Positions 23,413-33,222 are shown, numbered from the stretch's first letter. The stretch: DNA of 64,000 bases from an uncultured Acidobacteriota bacterium (GCA_963742105.1 CAVUKN010000007.1:514476-578475); one strand, 5' to 3'. Numbers and translations: made by a program. Notes: generated by a model from the letters alone, not told the origin.

Positions 23413-23805
23413 GTCTGCTCCTTGTATTTTGTTTTTGGTGAGTTGCGCGCCGCCGCAGGTGGCCGGCCGGACGAAATCAATGCGATGTGGACCGTGCTTG
23501 CGCCATCAGGTCACGCGCACCGCGGCCGAGCAGAGGCGCGTGGTCAACATCGGCGTCACCGCATGCTTGGCGGTCCACTGAGCGCTCCAGCTCTGAGAGA
23601 GCAGATCGGTGACACGGCGACGGCGTTCAGCCAGAGCGCGCCACAGTGGAGACCGGGGCCGTCGTGGCGCCACATCTCCCACCGACGTATAGCCCTCGCC
23701 TTGATGAGTTGACACATACGTCAGTGTCGATCGCGATTGGACGAAGTTAGTTCCACCGCGGAAAGGCTGCTGTACTCCATTGCACAGCCGGGATGTTTTC
23801 AGCGA

Positions 23806-23839
23806 TTGACGGCACGCATCACAACATGTAGCATTACAT
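23806..23839 (+). promoter_or_regulatory. candidate sigma70-type promoter (TTGACG-17 nt-TAGCAT) overlapping an ATGTAGCATTACAT dyad
   Basis: TTGACG at 23806-23811 and TAGCAT at 23829-23834. The near-palindrome ATGTA-gcat-TACAT at 23826-23839 lies 17 nt upstream of the ArsR-type regulator ATG. Sequence pattern only. Confidence 0.25.
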
Positions 23840-23855
23840 CCGGATTCACGGATAC

Positions 23856-24791
23856 ATGGTCGCCATCCTCGAGCACATGACCGCGCTGGCAGACCCGCTC
23901 CGGTGCCGGATGTTGCTGCTGCTGGAGAAGCACGAGCTGACCGTCTCCGAGTTGTGCGTCGTGCTCCAGATGCCCCAGTCCAGCGTCAGCCGCCACCTGA
24001 AGACGCTCGCCGACGACCACTGGGTGACGTCACGAAGGGATGGCACCAGCCGGTTCTACAGCATGCCGCTCGAGGAGCTCGATTCCGGCGCGAAGCGGCT
24101 GTGGCCGCTGATTCGTGAACAGGTCGCCGGGACCAGCGGAGCCGGCCAGGACGAGCGTCGGCTGCGCAGTGTGCTCGTCAGGCGTCGCGCCAAGTCTCAG
24201 GAATTCTTCGCGATGGCCGCGGGCCGGTGGGATCGGCTTCGCGAGGATCTCTTCGGCGACTCTTTTTTCCTGTGGGCCGTGCTCGGGCTGATCGATCCGT
24301 CCCTGGTGGTGGGCGATCTCGGGTGTGGGACGGGGCAGTTGACCGAGACGGTCGCGCCGTATGTGAAGCAGGTGATCGCCGTCGATAGCTCGCCGGACAT
24401 GCTCGATGCGGCCCGAGGGCGCGTCGGGGCGGCCGGCAACGTTGATATCCGGCAGGGCGAGTTGGAGAATCTGCCGATCGGCGCCGGCGAGCTCGACGCG
24501 GCGATGCTATCGCTCGTGCTGCACTATTCGCCGTCCCCCGGGAAGACGCTGTCGGAAGTCGCGCGCGTCCTCCGGCCTGGAGGACGCGTCCTGGTGGTGG
24601 ACATGATCCCTCACGAGCGGGAGGAATATCAGCACCAGATGGGCCATGTATGGCTCGGGTTCTCGGACAGGCAGATCTCGCGTTTCCTGACCGGCGCGGG
24701 ATTCGGGCACGTGCGGGTCAGAGCGCTGCCGGCGGATCCCGATGCCAAGGGGCCAGCGTTGTTTGCCGCAGTCGCAGTGAAACAGGGATGA
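23856..24791 (+). CDS. ArsR-family wHTH fused to a class I SAM-dependent methyltransferase domain (SahR-like regulator)
   Basis: N-terminal ArsR HTH (LADPLRCRMLLLLEKHELTVSELCVVLQMPQSSVSRHLKTL). C-terminal methyltransferase motif I (VGDLGCGTG). Located directly upstream of ahcY. Confidence 0.8.
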   Translation: MVAILEHMTALADPLRCRMLLLLEKHELTVSELCVVLQMPQSSVSRHLKTLADDHWVTSRRDGTSRFYSMPLEELDSGAKRLWPLIREQVAGTSGAGQDERRLRSVLVRRRAKSQEFFAMAAGRWDRLREDLFGDSFFLWAVLGLIDPSLVVGDLGCGTGQLTETVAPYVKQVIAVDSSPDMLDAARGRVGAAGNVDIRQGELENLPIGAGELDAAMLSLVLHYSPSPGKTLSEVARVLRPGGRVLVVDMIPHEREEYQHQMGHVWLGFSDRQISRFLTGAGFGHVRVRALPADPDAKGPALFAAVAVKQG

Positions 24792-24802
24792 AGTGACCGT
24801 TA

Positions 24803-24866
24803 GCCACGAAGGCACGAAGACATGGAGTCGTTGATTTTCTTCTTCGTGTCTCGGTGCCTCCGTGGC
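24803..24866. repeat. word hairpin, family D (CCACGAAGG words)
   Basis: gccacgaaggcacgaaga (24803-24820) is roughly complementary to tcttcgtgtctcggtgcctccgtggc (24841-24866). It lies between the ArsR-MTase gene and ahcY. Confidence 0.7.
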
Positions 24867-24908
24867 ATGTCGTGACGGGTGAGTGTGTCGCAATTTCAGG
24901 AGCAAAGC

Positions 24909-26411
24909 ATGTCAACAGTTCTTAGCGAGAAGATGCACGCGTTCGAGGCGGCGAAGGCTGCCGGCCGACCCGCCTACAAAGTGGCGGATCTCAACCTGGC
25001 CGAGTGGGGCCGCAAGGAGCTTCGGCTCGCCGAGCACGAGATGCCCGGGCTGATGGCGATCCGCAAGCGGTACGAAGGGAAGAAGCCGCTCGCCGGCGCG
25101 CGGGTCATGGGCAGCCTGCACATGACGATTCAGACCGCTGCGCTGATCGAGACGCTCGATCTGCTTGGTGCCGACGTGCGCTGGGTGTCGTGCAACATCT
25201 TCTCGACGCAGGACCATGCCGCCGCGGCGGTCGTCGTCGGCCGTCCGGAGACGGGTGGCACGGTCGAGAACCCGAAGGGCATCCCCGTGTTCGCATGGAA
25301 GGGCGAGACGCTCGAGGAATACTGGTGGTGCACGGTGGAAGCGCTCGTGTGGCCTGACGGCAACGGCCCGACGCTGATCGTCGATGACGGTGGCGATGCG
25401 ACGTTGTTCGTGCACAAGGCCTATGAATTCGAGAAGGCCGGCAAGGTCCCCGCGTTCGACCCGGACAAGGATCCCGAGGAGTGGGGCGTCATCCTCAATG
25501 CCATCAGCAGCGAGCTGAAGAAGGCTCCTGGACGCTGGACGAAGATCGCGACGGGTATCCGCGGCGTCTCGGAAGAGACGACCACCGGCGTGCACCGGCT
25601 CTACGAGATGCAGAAGAAAGGCACGCTGCTCTTCCCTGCGATCAACGTCAACGACTCGGTGACGAAGAGCAAGTTCGACAACATCTACGGCTGCCGCCAC
25701 TCGGTCATCGACGGACTGAACCGCGCCACCGATGTCATGCTCGGGGGCAAGGTTGCGGTCGTGTTCGGGTTCGGCGAGGTCGGCAAGGGCTGCGCCGAGG
25801 CGCTGCGCGGTCAGGGCTGCCGCGTGGTCGTCACCGAAATCGATCCGATCTGCGCGCTCCAGGCGGCGATGCAGGGCTACGAAGTCAAGACCATCGACGA
25901 TGTCGTCAGCATCGCGGACATCTTCGTGACGACGACCGGCAACTTCAAGATCATCACCGCCGATCACATGGCGAAGATGAAGGACAAGGCCATCGTCTCC
26001 AACATCGGCCACTTCGACAACGAGATCGACATGGCTGGCCTGGCGAAGGTGAAGGGCGTCAGGAAGATCAACATCAAGCCGCAGTACGACGAGTGGGTCT
26101 TCCCGGATGGCCACAGCGTGATGGTGCTCGCCGAGGGGCGCCTGATGAACCTCGGATGCGCCACCGGTCACCCCAGCTTCGTCATGTCAGCGTCGTTCAC
26201 CAATCAGACGCTGGCACAGCTCGAACTGCACGCGAACGCCGAGTCGTACGGCAAGACAGTCACGATGCTGCCGAAGAAGCTCGACGAGGAAGTGGCACGG
26301 CTGCACCTCGCTCATCTTGGCGTGAAGCTGACGACGCTCACCCAGGAGCAGGCCGACTACATCGGCGTGCCCGTCGAGGGACCGTACAAGTCGGACCACT
26401 ACAGGTACTGA
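24909..26411 (+). CDS. ahcY: adenosylhomocysteinase
   Basis: Highly typical AhcY sequence ([44 protein letters not shown]-terminus). AGGAG lies upstream of ATG 24909. Confidence 0.93.
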   Translation: MSTVLSEKMHAFEAAKAAGRPAYKVADLNLAEWGRKELRLAEHEMPGLMAIRKRYEGKKPLAGARVMGSLHMTIQTAALIETLDLLGADVRWVSCNIFSTQDHAAAAVVVGRPETGGTVENPKGIPVFAWKGETLEEYWWCTVEALVWPDGNGPTLIVDDGGDATLFVHKAYEFEKAGKVPAFDPDKDPEEWGVILNAISSELKKAPGRWTKIATGIRGVSEETTTGVHRLYEMQKKGTLLFPAINVNDSVTKSKFDNIYGCRHSVIDGLNRATDVMLGGKVAVVFGFGEVGKGCAEALRGQGCRVVVTEIDPICALQAAMQGYEVKTIDDVVSIADIFVTTTGNFKIITADHMAKMKDKAIVSNIGHFDNEIDMAGLAKVKGVRKINIKPQYDEWVFPDGHSVMVLAEGRLMNLGCATGHPSFVMSASFTNQTLAQLELHANAESYGKTVTMLPKKLDEEVARLHLAHLGVKLTTLTQEQADYIGVPVEGPYKSDHYRY

Positions 26412-26414
26412 CGT

Positions 26415-26532
26415 GGAAGTAAGAAGTTAGAAGTGAAAAGTGAGAAGTAAGGGCAACGTACTTCGTACTTACTTCTCACTTTCTACTTTTCACTTTCTAC
26501 TTTTCACTTTTCACTTTTCACTTTTCACTTTG
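26415..26532. repeat. word hairpin (GAAGTRA / TTCACTT heptamers)
   Basis: The left arm ggaagtaagaagttagaagtgaaaagtgagaagtaagg is complementary to cttacttctcactttctacttttcac... This is followed by a (ttttcac)n tandem run. It starts 4 nt after the ahcY stop, and its distal end supplies the C-terminal codons of the minus-strand ORF 26518..26775. Confidence 0.8.
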
Positions 26533-26775
26533 GAAGGGTTCTGCCCGTCTGCGGTCGGCCGCCGTCCATCGGGAATCGGTTGTGCCGCTGCGGCGGTCAG
26601 GCTGCGCTTCGGCAGTTGTCGTCGCCCATTCGCGCAGGCAATTCCCGCAGCTCCAGCGCAGCGCGACAATCGTCCCGATTTCCGTGCTTTGCAGTGAAAC
26701 CGAATTGTGGGCCCCGCACGCCTCGCAGCGGTCGGGTCGTCGCAGAAACAGTCGCTTCCAAGATGTGGTGTCCAC
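26518..26775 (-). CDS. small zinc-ribbon protein (CxxC...CxxC)
   Basis: 85 aa with CEACGAHNSV...WSCGNCLREW. No family recognised. The C-terminus runs into the word repeat. Confidence 0.4.
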   Translation of the reverse strand: MDTTSWKRLFLRRPDRCEACGAHNSVSLQSTEIGTIVALRWSCGNCLREWATTTAEAQPDRRSGTTDSRWTAADRRRAEPFQSEK

Positions 26776-26851
26776 GCAGGTGCGCCTCCAAGGCGGCTAT
26801 TCTGACGGAACGGACCGCTCATGCGGCGCCGGTGCAGTGCTCGAATCGTAC

Positions 26852-27121
26852 TCAATGATCGTAAGCGGCCTCGTCCACCTGCAACATCTCGTAGACGCGG
26901 ACGCTGATCTCTCCTGACCGTGCGTTCCACACCTGGCGGGATCGCCAGCGGAAGCCGTCGCGCCTGACGACGATGGGATCGGCCGTGATGCGGCGGCGCA
27001 GCGATTCGAGCGTGGAAGGATGGACGCCGAGCTTCCTGGCCACAGCCGCATCAGCGGCTACAGCGTCCTCAAACCATTCCTCCCCGTTCGTCGTTGCCGC
27101 GACGACACGGTAGGCGATCAC
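26852..27121 (-). CDS. small HTH-like protein, start coupled to the asd stop (GTGA overlap)
   Basis: GTG at 27119-27121 overlaps the asd TGA at 27118-27120. The [19 protein letters not shown] segment looks like a helix-turn-helix. Start uncertain. Confidence 0.35.
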   Translation of the reverse strand: MIAYRVVAATTNGEEWFEDAVAADAAVARKLGVHPSTLESLRRRITADPIVVRRDGFRWRSRQVWNARSGEISVRVYEMLQVDEAAYDH

Positions 27122-28266
27122 GCGCGGGCGGCAGCCGGTTGCCTGGTTGTCGCGGCGGTTGACCCCAGGAGGATCCGCAGCATCCGGCGGAGCGGTTCCG
27201 CCGCACCCCAGAGCAGCTGGTCGCCCACGGTGAACCCGGTGAGATACTCCGGTCCGATCGACAGCTTTCGCAGGCGCCCGATCGGCGTCTTCAGGGTACC
27301 GGTCACGGCCGTTGGCGTGAGCTCCCGCAGGCTCGCGTCCTTGTCGTTCGGCACGACCGCGGCCCACTCGTGAGCCGAGGCGAGCAGCGATTCGATTTCC
27401 TGGAGCGACACGTCGCGGGTCAGCTTCACGGTCAGCGCCTGGCTGTGGCAGCGCATGGCGCCGATGCGCACGCAGAGCCCGTCGATCGGAATCGGCCGAT
27501 CACTGCGGCCAAGGATCTTGTTGCCTTCCGCCTGCGCCTTCGCTTCTTCCTGCGCCTGGCCGTTCCCCTTGTCCGTGCCGATCCATGGCAGCACGCTGCC
27601 GGCCAGCGGGAACCCGAAGTGCTGCGTCGGAAACTCGGCGGATCGCATCGTCGACGCCAGCGCGCGATCGATCTCGAGGATGTTCGAGTGGCTGTCTGCC
27701 AGAAGCGCAGCGACCGACGCGTGGGCGACACCCATCTGTGCGGCGAGCTCCCGCATGTTCTGCGCGCCCGCGCCGGATGCCGCCTGATAGGTCATCGCCG
27801 TGACCCACTCGATGAGGTTTTCGCGGAAGAGCCCGGCCAGCGCCATCAGCATCAGGCTCACAGTGCAGTTGCCGCCGATGTAATTGCGGACGCCCTGTTC
27901 GAGGGCCCGGTCGATCACCGCCTGGTTGACCGGGTCAAGGACGATCACCGAATCCGGAGCCATGCGCAGCGAGCTGGCTGCATCAATCCAGTAGCCGTCC
28001 CAGCCAGCCGCCCGCAGCCGCGGAAAGATTTCGTTCGTATACTCGCCGCCCTGGCAGGAAATCAGGACGTCCATGGCCGTGAGCTCGGTCAGCGCCTTCG
28101 CATCCTTGACCGCCGGCACCCGCTTGCCGACATCCGGGCCGGCGGCGCCAGCCTGCGACGTCGAAAAGAACACCGGGTCAATCAGATTGAAGTCCCGTTC
28201 CTCGCGCATGCGCTGCACGAGCACGGATCCGACCATTCCTCGCCAGCCGATGATGCCTACGTTCAT
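27118..28266 (-). CDS. asd: aspartate-semialdehyde dehydrogenase
   Basis: [27 protein letters not shown]-terminus and full-length similarity to E. coli-type Asd. ATG 28266 has an upstream AGGA. The ORF-track start at 28473 is an upstream extension. Confidence 0.92.
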   Translation of the reverse strand: MNVGIIGWRGMVGSVLVQRMREERDFNLIDPVFFSTSQAGAAGPDVGKRVPAVKDAKALTELTAMDVLISCQGGEYTNEIFPRLRAAGWDGYWIDAASSLRMAPDSVIVLDPVNQAVIDRALEQGVRNYIGGNCTVSLMLMALAGLFRENLIEWVTAMTYQAASGAGAQNMRELAAQMGVAHASVAALLADSHSNILEIDRALASTMRSAEFPTQHFGFPLAGSVLPWIGTDKGNGQAQEEAKAQAEGNKILGRSDRPIPIDGLCVRIGAMRCHSQALTVKLTRDVSLQEIESLLASAHEWAAVVPNDKDASLRELTPTAVTGTLKTPIGRLRKLSIGPEYLTGFTVGDQLLWGAAEPLRRMLRILLGSTAATTRQPAAARA

Positions 28267-28402
28267 GAACCGTCCTTTAATTTCGACCAGGTCAATTTTA
28301 CCCGCGTTCGTCGTCTGACGCTCCTCCAGCGCGTCGCTTTGACGCGGGTCATCCCGGTCCTGAATCGCGCGGCGCGGCTGACGCATTCCGTAGAATGACG
28401 GA

Positions 28403-28909
28403 ATGCTCGCACTCGTCGCTCTCTTACTGGGCGTGCTGCCGCAGGGCCGGCTGTGCCGGGCGGACGTCTGCACGCCAGCGGAGATCGAGGCGGTCTATCG
28501 TCGCGGCTGGGACGCGGCGGAGTCGGCGTCACGCGTTGGCGGTTCGCCGGAGTCGCTCGCGCCGGTGCGCGACGCGATCGCCCTGCTGGAACGGATGGCC
28601 GGCGGCACGCATGGGCCCGCGGAGATCGCCCGCTATGTGCTGGCTGCGGCCGCTGACGCGGCGCAGGACGAACGCGACGAAATGGCGCTGATTCTCGAGC
28701 ACGCGGTGGCGCTGGAACAGACGCAACTGGATGCCCACCAGCCGGGCGCTCCCGGCATTACCGCGCACGAGGCTGCCGGTGATCTGTGGCTTCGCGTGTA
28801 TCGCTACGAAGACGCGAAGCGCGCCTACGAACACGCCCGGGCGGTTATCGGCTCGACGCCGCGGATCGAATCCGGTCTGGCGCGGGCGGAGGCCGCGATG
28901 CGCCGTTGA
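28403..28909 (+). CDS. hypothetical secreted helical protein
   Basis: 168 aa. Signal-like [15 protein letters not shown], then an Ala/Glu/Arg-rich helical sequence. No family recognised. Confidence 0.5.
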   Translation: MLALVALLLGVLPQGRLCRADVCTPAEIEAVYRRGWDAAESASRVGGSPESLAPVRDAIALLERMAGGTHGPAEIARYVLAAAADAAQDERDEMALILEHAVALEQTQLDAHQPGAPGITAHEAAGDLWLRVYRYEDAKRAYEHARAVIGSTPRIESGLARAEAAMRR

Positions 28910-29160
28910 CGAGCTATCGATACCGCGCCGATGTCCTCGCGCAGCTCTGGACGCACGGTGTCCAGCCGACTTCTGCCACGCGTCCGGAACTCGTCCACGA
29001 TTTCATCAACGACCTCTATCGATTCGAACTGCGGCGACTCCGCGACCGGCTCGTGCGCGGCGAGATTCCCAAGGTCGGCTACTACGATCGCGTGGTCGCA
29101 CTCCGCGTCAAGTATCCGCTGGTGTCGCTCAAGCCGCAGGAATGGCTGGAGGGGCCTTAA
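28906..29160 (+). CDS. hypothetical 84-aa protein (TTG start overlapping the upstream stop)
   Basis: TTG 28906 overlaps TGA 28907-28909. Sequence [49 protein letters not shown]... shows good coding bias. Start uncertain. Confidence 0.4.
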   Translation: MTSYRYRADVLAQLWTHGVQPTSATRPELVHDFINDLYRFELRRLRDRLVRGEIPKVGYYDRVVALRVKYPLVSLKPQEWLEGP

Positions 29161-29210
29161 CTTGGTCTTTGGTCTTTGGTCCTTGGTCTTTGGTCCTTGG
29201 TCTTTGGACC
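29161..29210. repeat. tandem heptamer repeat (GGTCTTT/GGTCCTT, about 7 copies)
   Basis: cttggtctttggtctttggtccttggtctttggtccttggtctttggacc begins 1 nt after the stop of the 28906..29160 gene. Confidence 0.8.
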
Positions 29211-29273
29211 GCGGACGTTGCGCCCGCCGAGACGCGCGGTCCGTGGCCCTCAGGAGTATAGTTCGGCCGGCGA

Positions 29274-29945
29274 GTGCTCATGGACGACACGCTCATCGTA
29301 CCGACTGTCATTCGGAATCTCGATCTCTCCACGATCCGTGAACGGTTGATCCAGAAGAAAGGGTGGGCCGCTGAGTACGCGGATCGACTGATCGAGGAGT
29401 ATCGCGAATACCTGGCGCTCTTTTATTTCCATCCGGGCGAAGAGCTCGTCCCACCCACCCAGGATCTGGACGACGTCTGGCACGAACACATACTCGACAC
29501 TCAGCGATACGCGGAAGACTGTCGTCTGGTGTTCGGCCGGTTCATTCATCACGTCCCTGGGCTCGACCAGGGAACGGATCGTCACACCGAAGGTCTCAGC
29601 CGAACCCGCCGCCATTGGTGGCAACGGTTTGGTCGCCGTCATCGCCAGGCGCTGTCGTTCCGGCAGAATGACGCTGGCGGCTTCGATACCGTGACGCTCG
29701 GGAGCTCCTGCACGTCGTACATGCCGCCGGCACACGAGCACTCGAGCTTTTTCGACGGGTGGTTTTCTGGAGGACACAGCGGCGGCGCGGGTGGAGGCGC
29801 GGACTTTGGCGGCCATTCCTCCACAGAGGGCGGCAGCGCCGGAGAGAGCGGTGGCGGCAGTGACGGTGGCAGCGCCGGATGCAGCGGCAGCAGCAGCTGT
29901 GGGGGTAGCTCGAGCTGTGGCGGCGGCGGTGGTGGCGGCGATTGA
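29274..29945 (+). CDS. GRDP-like (DUF1399-like) protein with a Gly/Ser/Cys-rich C-terminal tail
   Basis: The DDVWHEHILDTQRYAEDCRLVFGRFIHHVPG motif matches my recollection of the glycine-rich-domain-protein family signature (WHxHxL..Y..C). The last 60 aa or so are SGGHSGGAGGG...CSGSSSCGGSSSCGGGGGGGD. Confidence 0.6.
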   Translation: MLMDDTLIVPTVIRNLDLSTIRERLIQKKGWAAEYADRLIEEYREYLALFYFHPGEELVPPTQDLDDVWHEHILDTQRYAEDCRLVFGRFIHHVPGLDQGTDRHTEGLSRTRRHWWQRFGRRHRQALSFRQNDAGGFDTVTLGSSCTSYMPPAHEHSSFFDGWFSGGHSGGAGGGADFGGHSSTEGGSAGESGGGSDGGSAGCSGSSSCGGSSSCGGGGGGGD

Positions 29946-31186
29946 GCGAACCGCCCGTTCTCATAGCGGGGGCTGGGCATCTGGGAGACAGGCTGGAGCT
30001 GCTGCTGCGCTCGACGCACCCCGTCGTGCGAGTCGAGCCCGTCCTGCCCGGGGCGCTCGCCGCGTTTGAACGCTCGCTCGAGCGGGCGTCGATCCCTGCT
30101 GCCGAAGCAATCTATATCGTCGACGACGAGGATGTGGCGAATATCCAGTTCGCGCTCGCTGCGCTGAAACTGCGCCCTGACATTCCGGTCACGATGGCGC
30201 TTTCGAACGAGCGACTCGCGCGCCACCTTCAGCACCTTCATCACAACCTGATCGTGGTCAGTCCCTGGGAAGCGGTCGTCCCCGACATCATCCGGGCCCT
30301 GAAGGCGCCCGCGTCGACACCCAGCGCCAGTTCGGCAGCCTTTCCGATCGCTCGGGCCCCGTATCGCACGTGGATCCTCGCTAACCGGGCGCTGCTGTCA
30401 ATGGCGGCCGCATTCGTGATCCTGATCGCCGGTGCCACAGTGTTCTTTCGTGCCAGCGAACGGCTCGATTGGATTACCGCGGCCTACTTCGTCATTACGA
30501 TGGGGACCACCACAGGGTTTGGCGATATCAGCCTGAGGGACTCGAGCGTGCCTGCGAAGATCGTCGGAATGCTCACGATGCTCTCCTCCATCGCGTTCGT
30601 GTCCATCTTTTTTTCGCTGCTGGTCGATCGCATCGTCGCCCGACGCACGGAGAGGCTGCTCGGACATGGTCGCCACGATCTCGCGGATCATGTAGTCGTC
30701 TGTGGGCTCGGGCGGGTGGGATATCACCTCGTTGAGAAGCTTCGCGCTGAAGCGTACCCGCTGCTGGTGGTCGAAAAGGATGCGGCCAATCGGTTCCTGC
30801 CGGCGATTCGTGCGCTCGGCGTCCCGGTCATCATCGGAGATGCCTCGGCTCCAGCAACACTGGCCGACGCGGCGGTCGACAAGGCGTCTGCGGTCGCGTC
30901 GATCGTGAACGATGATCTCGTCAATCTCGAAGTCGGGCTGAACGCTCGGGCGATCCATCCGCGTATTCGCGTCATCCTACGCATTTTCGATCGCGACACG
31001 GCTGAGGAGCTGCGCGAGCGTCTCAACATTCATTACGCAATCAGCACCTCAGCGATTGCCGCACGAGTCATGCTGGAGCGTGATCGCACGCGCCGAGGCG
31101 TGCGGCCAGAAGGTGGCGACGCAACATCGCCCGCAGACGCCGGGATCAGCGATCAAGATCATCGCAGCCCTCCGTCGCTGACATGA
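29942..31186 (+). CDS. potassium channel with RCK/TrkA-N domains
   Basis: Selectivity-filter-like TMGTTTGFGD between two TM helices. Rossmann GxGxxG motifs (IAGAGHLG N-terminal, VCGLGRVGYHLVEKL after the pore). TTG 29942 overlaps the upstream TGA. Confidence 0.8.
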   Translation: MSEPPVLIAGAGHLGDRLELLLRSTHPVVRVEPVLPGALAAFERSLERASIPAAEAIYIVDDEDVANIQFALAALKLRPDIPVTMALSNERLARHLQHLHHNLIVVSPWEAVVPDIIRALKAPASTPSASSAAFPIARAPYRTWILANRALLSMAAAFVILIAGATVFFRASERLDWITAAYFVITMGTTTGFGDISLRDSSVPAKIVGMLTMLSSIAFVSIFFSLLVDRIVARRTERLLGHGRHDLADHVVVCGLGRVGYHLVEKLRAEAYPLLVVEKDAANRFLPAIRALGVPVIIGDASAPATLADAAVDKASAVASIVNDDLVNLEVGLNARAIHPRIRVILRIFDRDTAEELRERLNIHYAISTSAIAARVMLERDRTRRGVRPEGGDATSPADAGISDQDHRSPPSLT

Positions 31187-31237
31187 GTCGCGTCGACGTG
31201 CAGAACCTGGAGTTGCCGACGGCGCCCGGGTCGAAAT

Positions 31238-31258
31238 CTGCCGGTATATAGCCGGCAG
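31238..31258 (+). terminator. short stem-loop after the K+ channel gene (ctgccgg-tatatag-ccggcag)
   Basis: 7-bp perfect stem 52 nt after the stop. No U-tract. Confidence 0.3.
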
Positions 31259-31306
31259 CCTCGACAGCCGATGGCCGATGGCCGGTCGCCCGGTACAATC
31301 GTCTCG

Positions 31307-32458
31307 ATGGTCCCCACCGTTCACTCCAAGCTGCCGTCTTCGGGCGTGAGTATCTTCGCGACGATGACGCGACTGGCCAACGAGCACGGCGCGATCAACC
31401 TGTCGCAGGGATTCCCGGACTTTCACTGTGAGCCGCAGCTGCTGGCCCGCGTCGCGCGTTACATGTGGGCCGGGCACAACCAGTACGCTCCGATGCCCGG
31501 GCAGCCGGCGCTGCGCGAGGCGCTGGCGATGAAGTACGAGCGCCTCTACGGGCGTCGCTACGATCCGGTGAGCGAGATCGCGGTGACTACCGGGGCGACC
31601 GAGGGTCTGTTCTCGGCGATCACCGCCCTCGTCCACCCGGGCGACGAGGTGCTGTTGTTTCAGCCCGCCTACGATTCGTATGTGCCGGCAGTGCAGTTGA
31701 GCGGAGGAGTGCCCCGGTTCGTCACGCTGCGCGGTCCTGAGTATCGGATCGACTGGGACGAGGTGCGCCGGACCATCAGCCAGCGCACTCGCGTGATCCT
31801 CCTCAATTCACCCCACAACCCGACCGGAATGATCTGGACCGGCGATGACATCCGTCAGCTCGAGGAGGTCCTGCAGCACACCGATGCGTTCGTGATCGCC
31901 GACGAAGTCTACGAGCACATCGTCTTCGACGGTGCCAGGCACGAGAGCCTCGCCCGTCATCCGGCGCTGGCGGAACGCGGGGTCGTCATCAGCTCGTTCG
32001 GGAAGTCGTATCACACCACCGGGTGGAAAGTCGGCTACTGCCTCGGCCCCGCCGCCGTCGTGGCGGAAATCCTCAACATCCGCCAATGGATCACGTTCTC
32101 GGTGAACGGGGCGATGCAGCTGGCCTATGCCGACATTGTCACCAGTGATCCCGAGCGGGCGAGCGTGACCGCGTTCTATCAGGAACGCCGCGATCGGTTC
32201 GTGAAATTGATTGCCGCCTCGCGGTTCCGGCCACTGGCATGTCGTGGCACCTACTTCCAGTTGCTCGACTACTCGGCAATCAGCGACGAGGACGACATGG
32301 ACTTCGCCCTCCGGCTGATCCGCGAGCATGGCGTCGCCGCCATTCCAGTAACGCCCTTTCTTCACGAAGGTGCTCGCGCCGGACGCGTGCTGCGCTTCTG
32401 TTTCGCAAAACGCGACGATACGCTGGCCCGGGCTGCCGAGCGGCTTCTCGAGGTGTAG
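31307..32458 (+). CDS. PLP-dependent aminotransferase, class I/II (methionine / kynurenine aminotransferase YbdL-like)
   Basis: MVPTVHSKLPSSGVSIFATMTRLANEHGAINLSQGFPDF N-terminus, SFGKSYHTTGWKVGY PLP-lysine context, and RFCFAK C-terminal motif. Confidence 0.88.
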   Translation: MVPTVHSKLPSSGVSIFATMTRLANEHGAINLSQGFPDFHCEPQLLARVARYMWAGHNQYAPMPGQPALREALAMKYERLYGRRYDPVSEIAVTTGATEGLFSAITALVHPGDEVLLFQPAYDSYVPAVQLSGGVPRFVTLRGPEYRIDWDEVRRTISQRTRVILLNSPHNPTGMIWTGDDIRQLEEVLQHTDAFVIADEVYEHIVFDGARHESLARHPALAERGVVISSFGKSYHTTGWKVGYCLGPAAVVAEILNIRQWITFSVNGAMQLAYADIVTSDPERASVTAFYQERRDRFVKLIAASRFRPLACRGTYFQLLDYSAISDEDDMDFALRLIREHGVAAIPVTPFLHEGARAGRVLRFCFAKRDDTLARAAERLLEV

Positions 32459-32460
32459 CG

Positions 32461-33222
32461 ATGACGCGACTGTTGGTTGCGGCCGCGGCACTGGTTGCGG
32501 CGCTGACTCTCACCGCCGGGGCGCAAAGTCAGCGGCCGCTGCCGGATCGTGAAGCGTTGTTCAACGCCACTCGGGAGAACCTGGCGCGCGCGCAGCGCGA
32601 GCAGGGTCGCTACTCGTACAAGGAGCGCCGCACGGAACTGCACACGAATCCGTTCGGGCGGCTGGGGACGGACGGTGTGGTGGTGTACGCAGTCGCTCCG
32701 GGGCCGGAACCTGGCGTCGTCTACCGGACGCTGCTGGAGCGGGACGGCGTCAAAGTGCCGGATGCGAAGCCCGAACGGCAGGAGAGCCGCGAGCGGCGCC
32801 AGTCGCGGTCGTCAATCGACGACGTGGTTGCGACGCTGAACTTCGTGCTCGATCGTCGCGAAGTCCGCGACGGACACGAGGTGATTGTGGTGACGTTTGC
32901 GGCCAAGCCCGACGCGCGTCCGGAGACGCGCGAAGGACGGCTGGCAAAAATCTTTACCGGCTCGATCTATGTGGACGAGGCCGCCCGCGAAATACGGCGG
33001 GTCGACGGCATGGCGACCGACTCGATTTCTTTCGGGCTCGGGATGATCGCGCGCTTGAATGAGGGCACCCGCGTGTCGCTCGTGCGTGAGCCGGTGGAAG
33101 GCGGCATCTGGCTACCGACCTCGATCCGCTTCAACGGACAAGGGCGAGCGGTTCTCTTCCGGAAGCTCGACATCGATCTGGCGATCGACTGGTACGACTA
33201 CAAACTGGTGAGGCGACAGTAG
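32461..33222 (+). CDS. hypothetical secreted protein
   Basis: ATG 32461 lies 3 nt after the upstream stop. Signal peptide MTRLLVAAAALVAALTLTAGAQ. No confident family; possibly LolA-like. Confidence 0.6.
   Translation: MTRLLVAAAALVAALTLTAGAQSQRPLPDREALFNATRENLARAQREQGRYSYKERRTELHTNPFGRLGTDGVVVYAVAPGPEPGVVYRTLLERDGVKVPDAKPERQESRERRQSRSSIDDVVATLNFVLDRREVRDGHEVIVVTFAAKPDARPETREGRLAKIFTGSIYVDEAAREIRRVDGMATDSISFGLGMIARLNEGTRVSLVREPVEGGIWLPTSIRFNGQGRAVLFRKLDIDLAIDWYDYKLVRRQ

Noticed and set aside
23320-23712. 130-aa plus-strand ORF beginning with a Leu/Phe-rich hydrophobic stretch
   Set aside because: The hydrophobic segment is the mirror translation of the Lys-rich minus-strand microprotein. It has lower GC3 and no SD, and the remainder is Arg/Ala-rich noise. 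The minus-strand 53-aa ORF with AAGGAG is the better model.
24792-24908. SAH riboswitch in the leader of ahcY
   Set aside because: I could not recognise the conserved SAH-riboswitch core in this 117-nt region. A family D word hairpin occupies the region instead. A covariance-model scan is still needed to exclude it formally.
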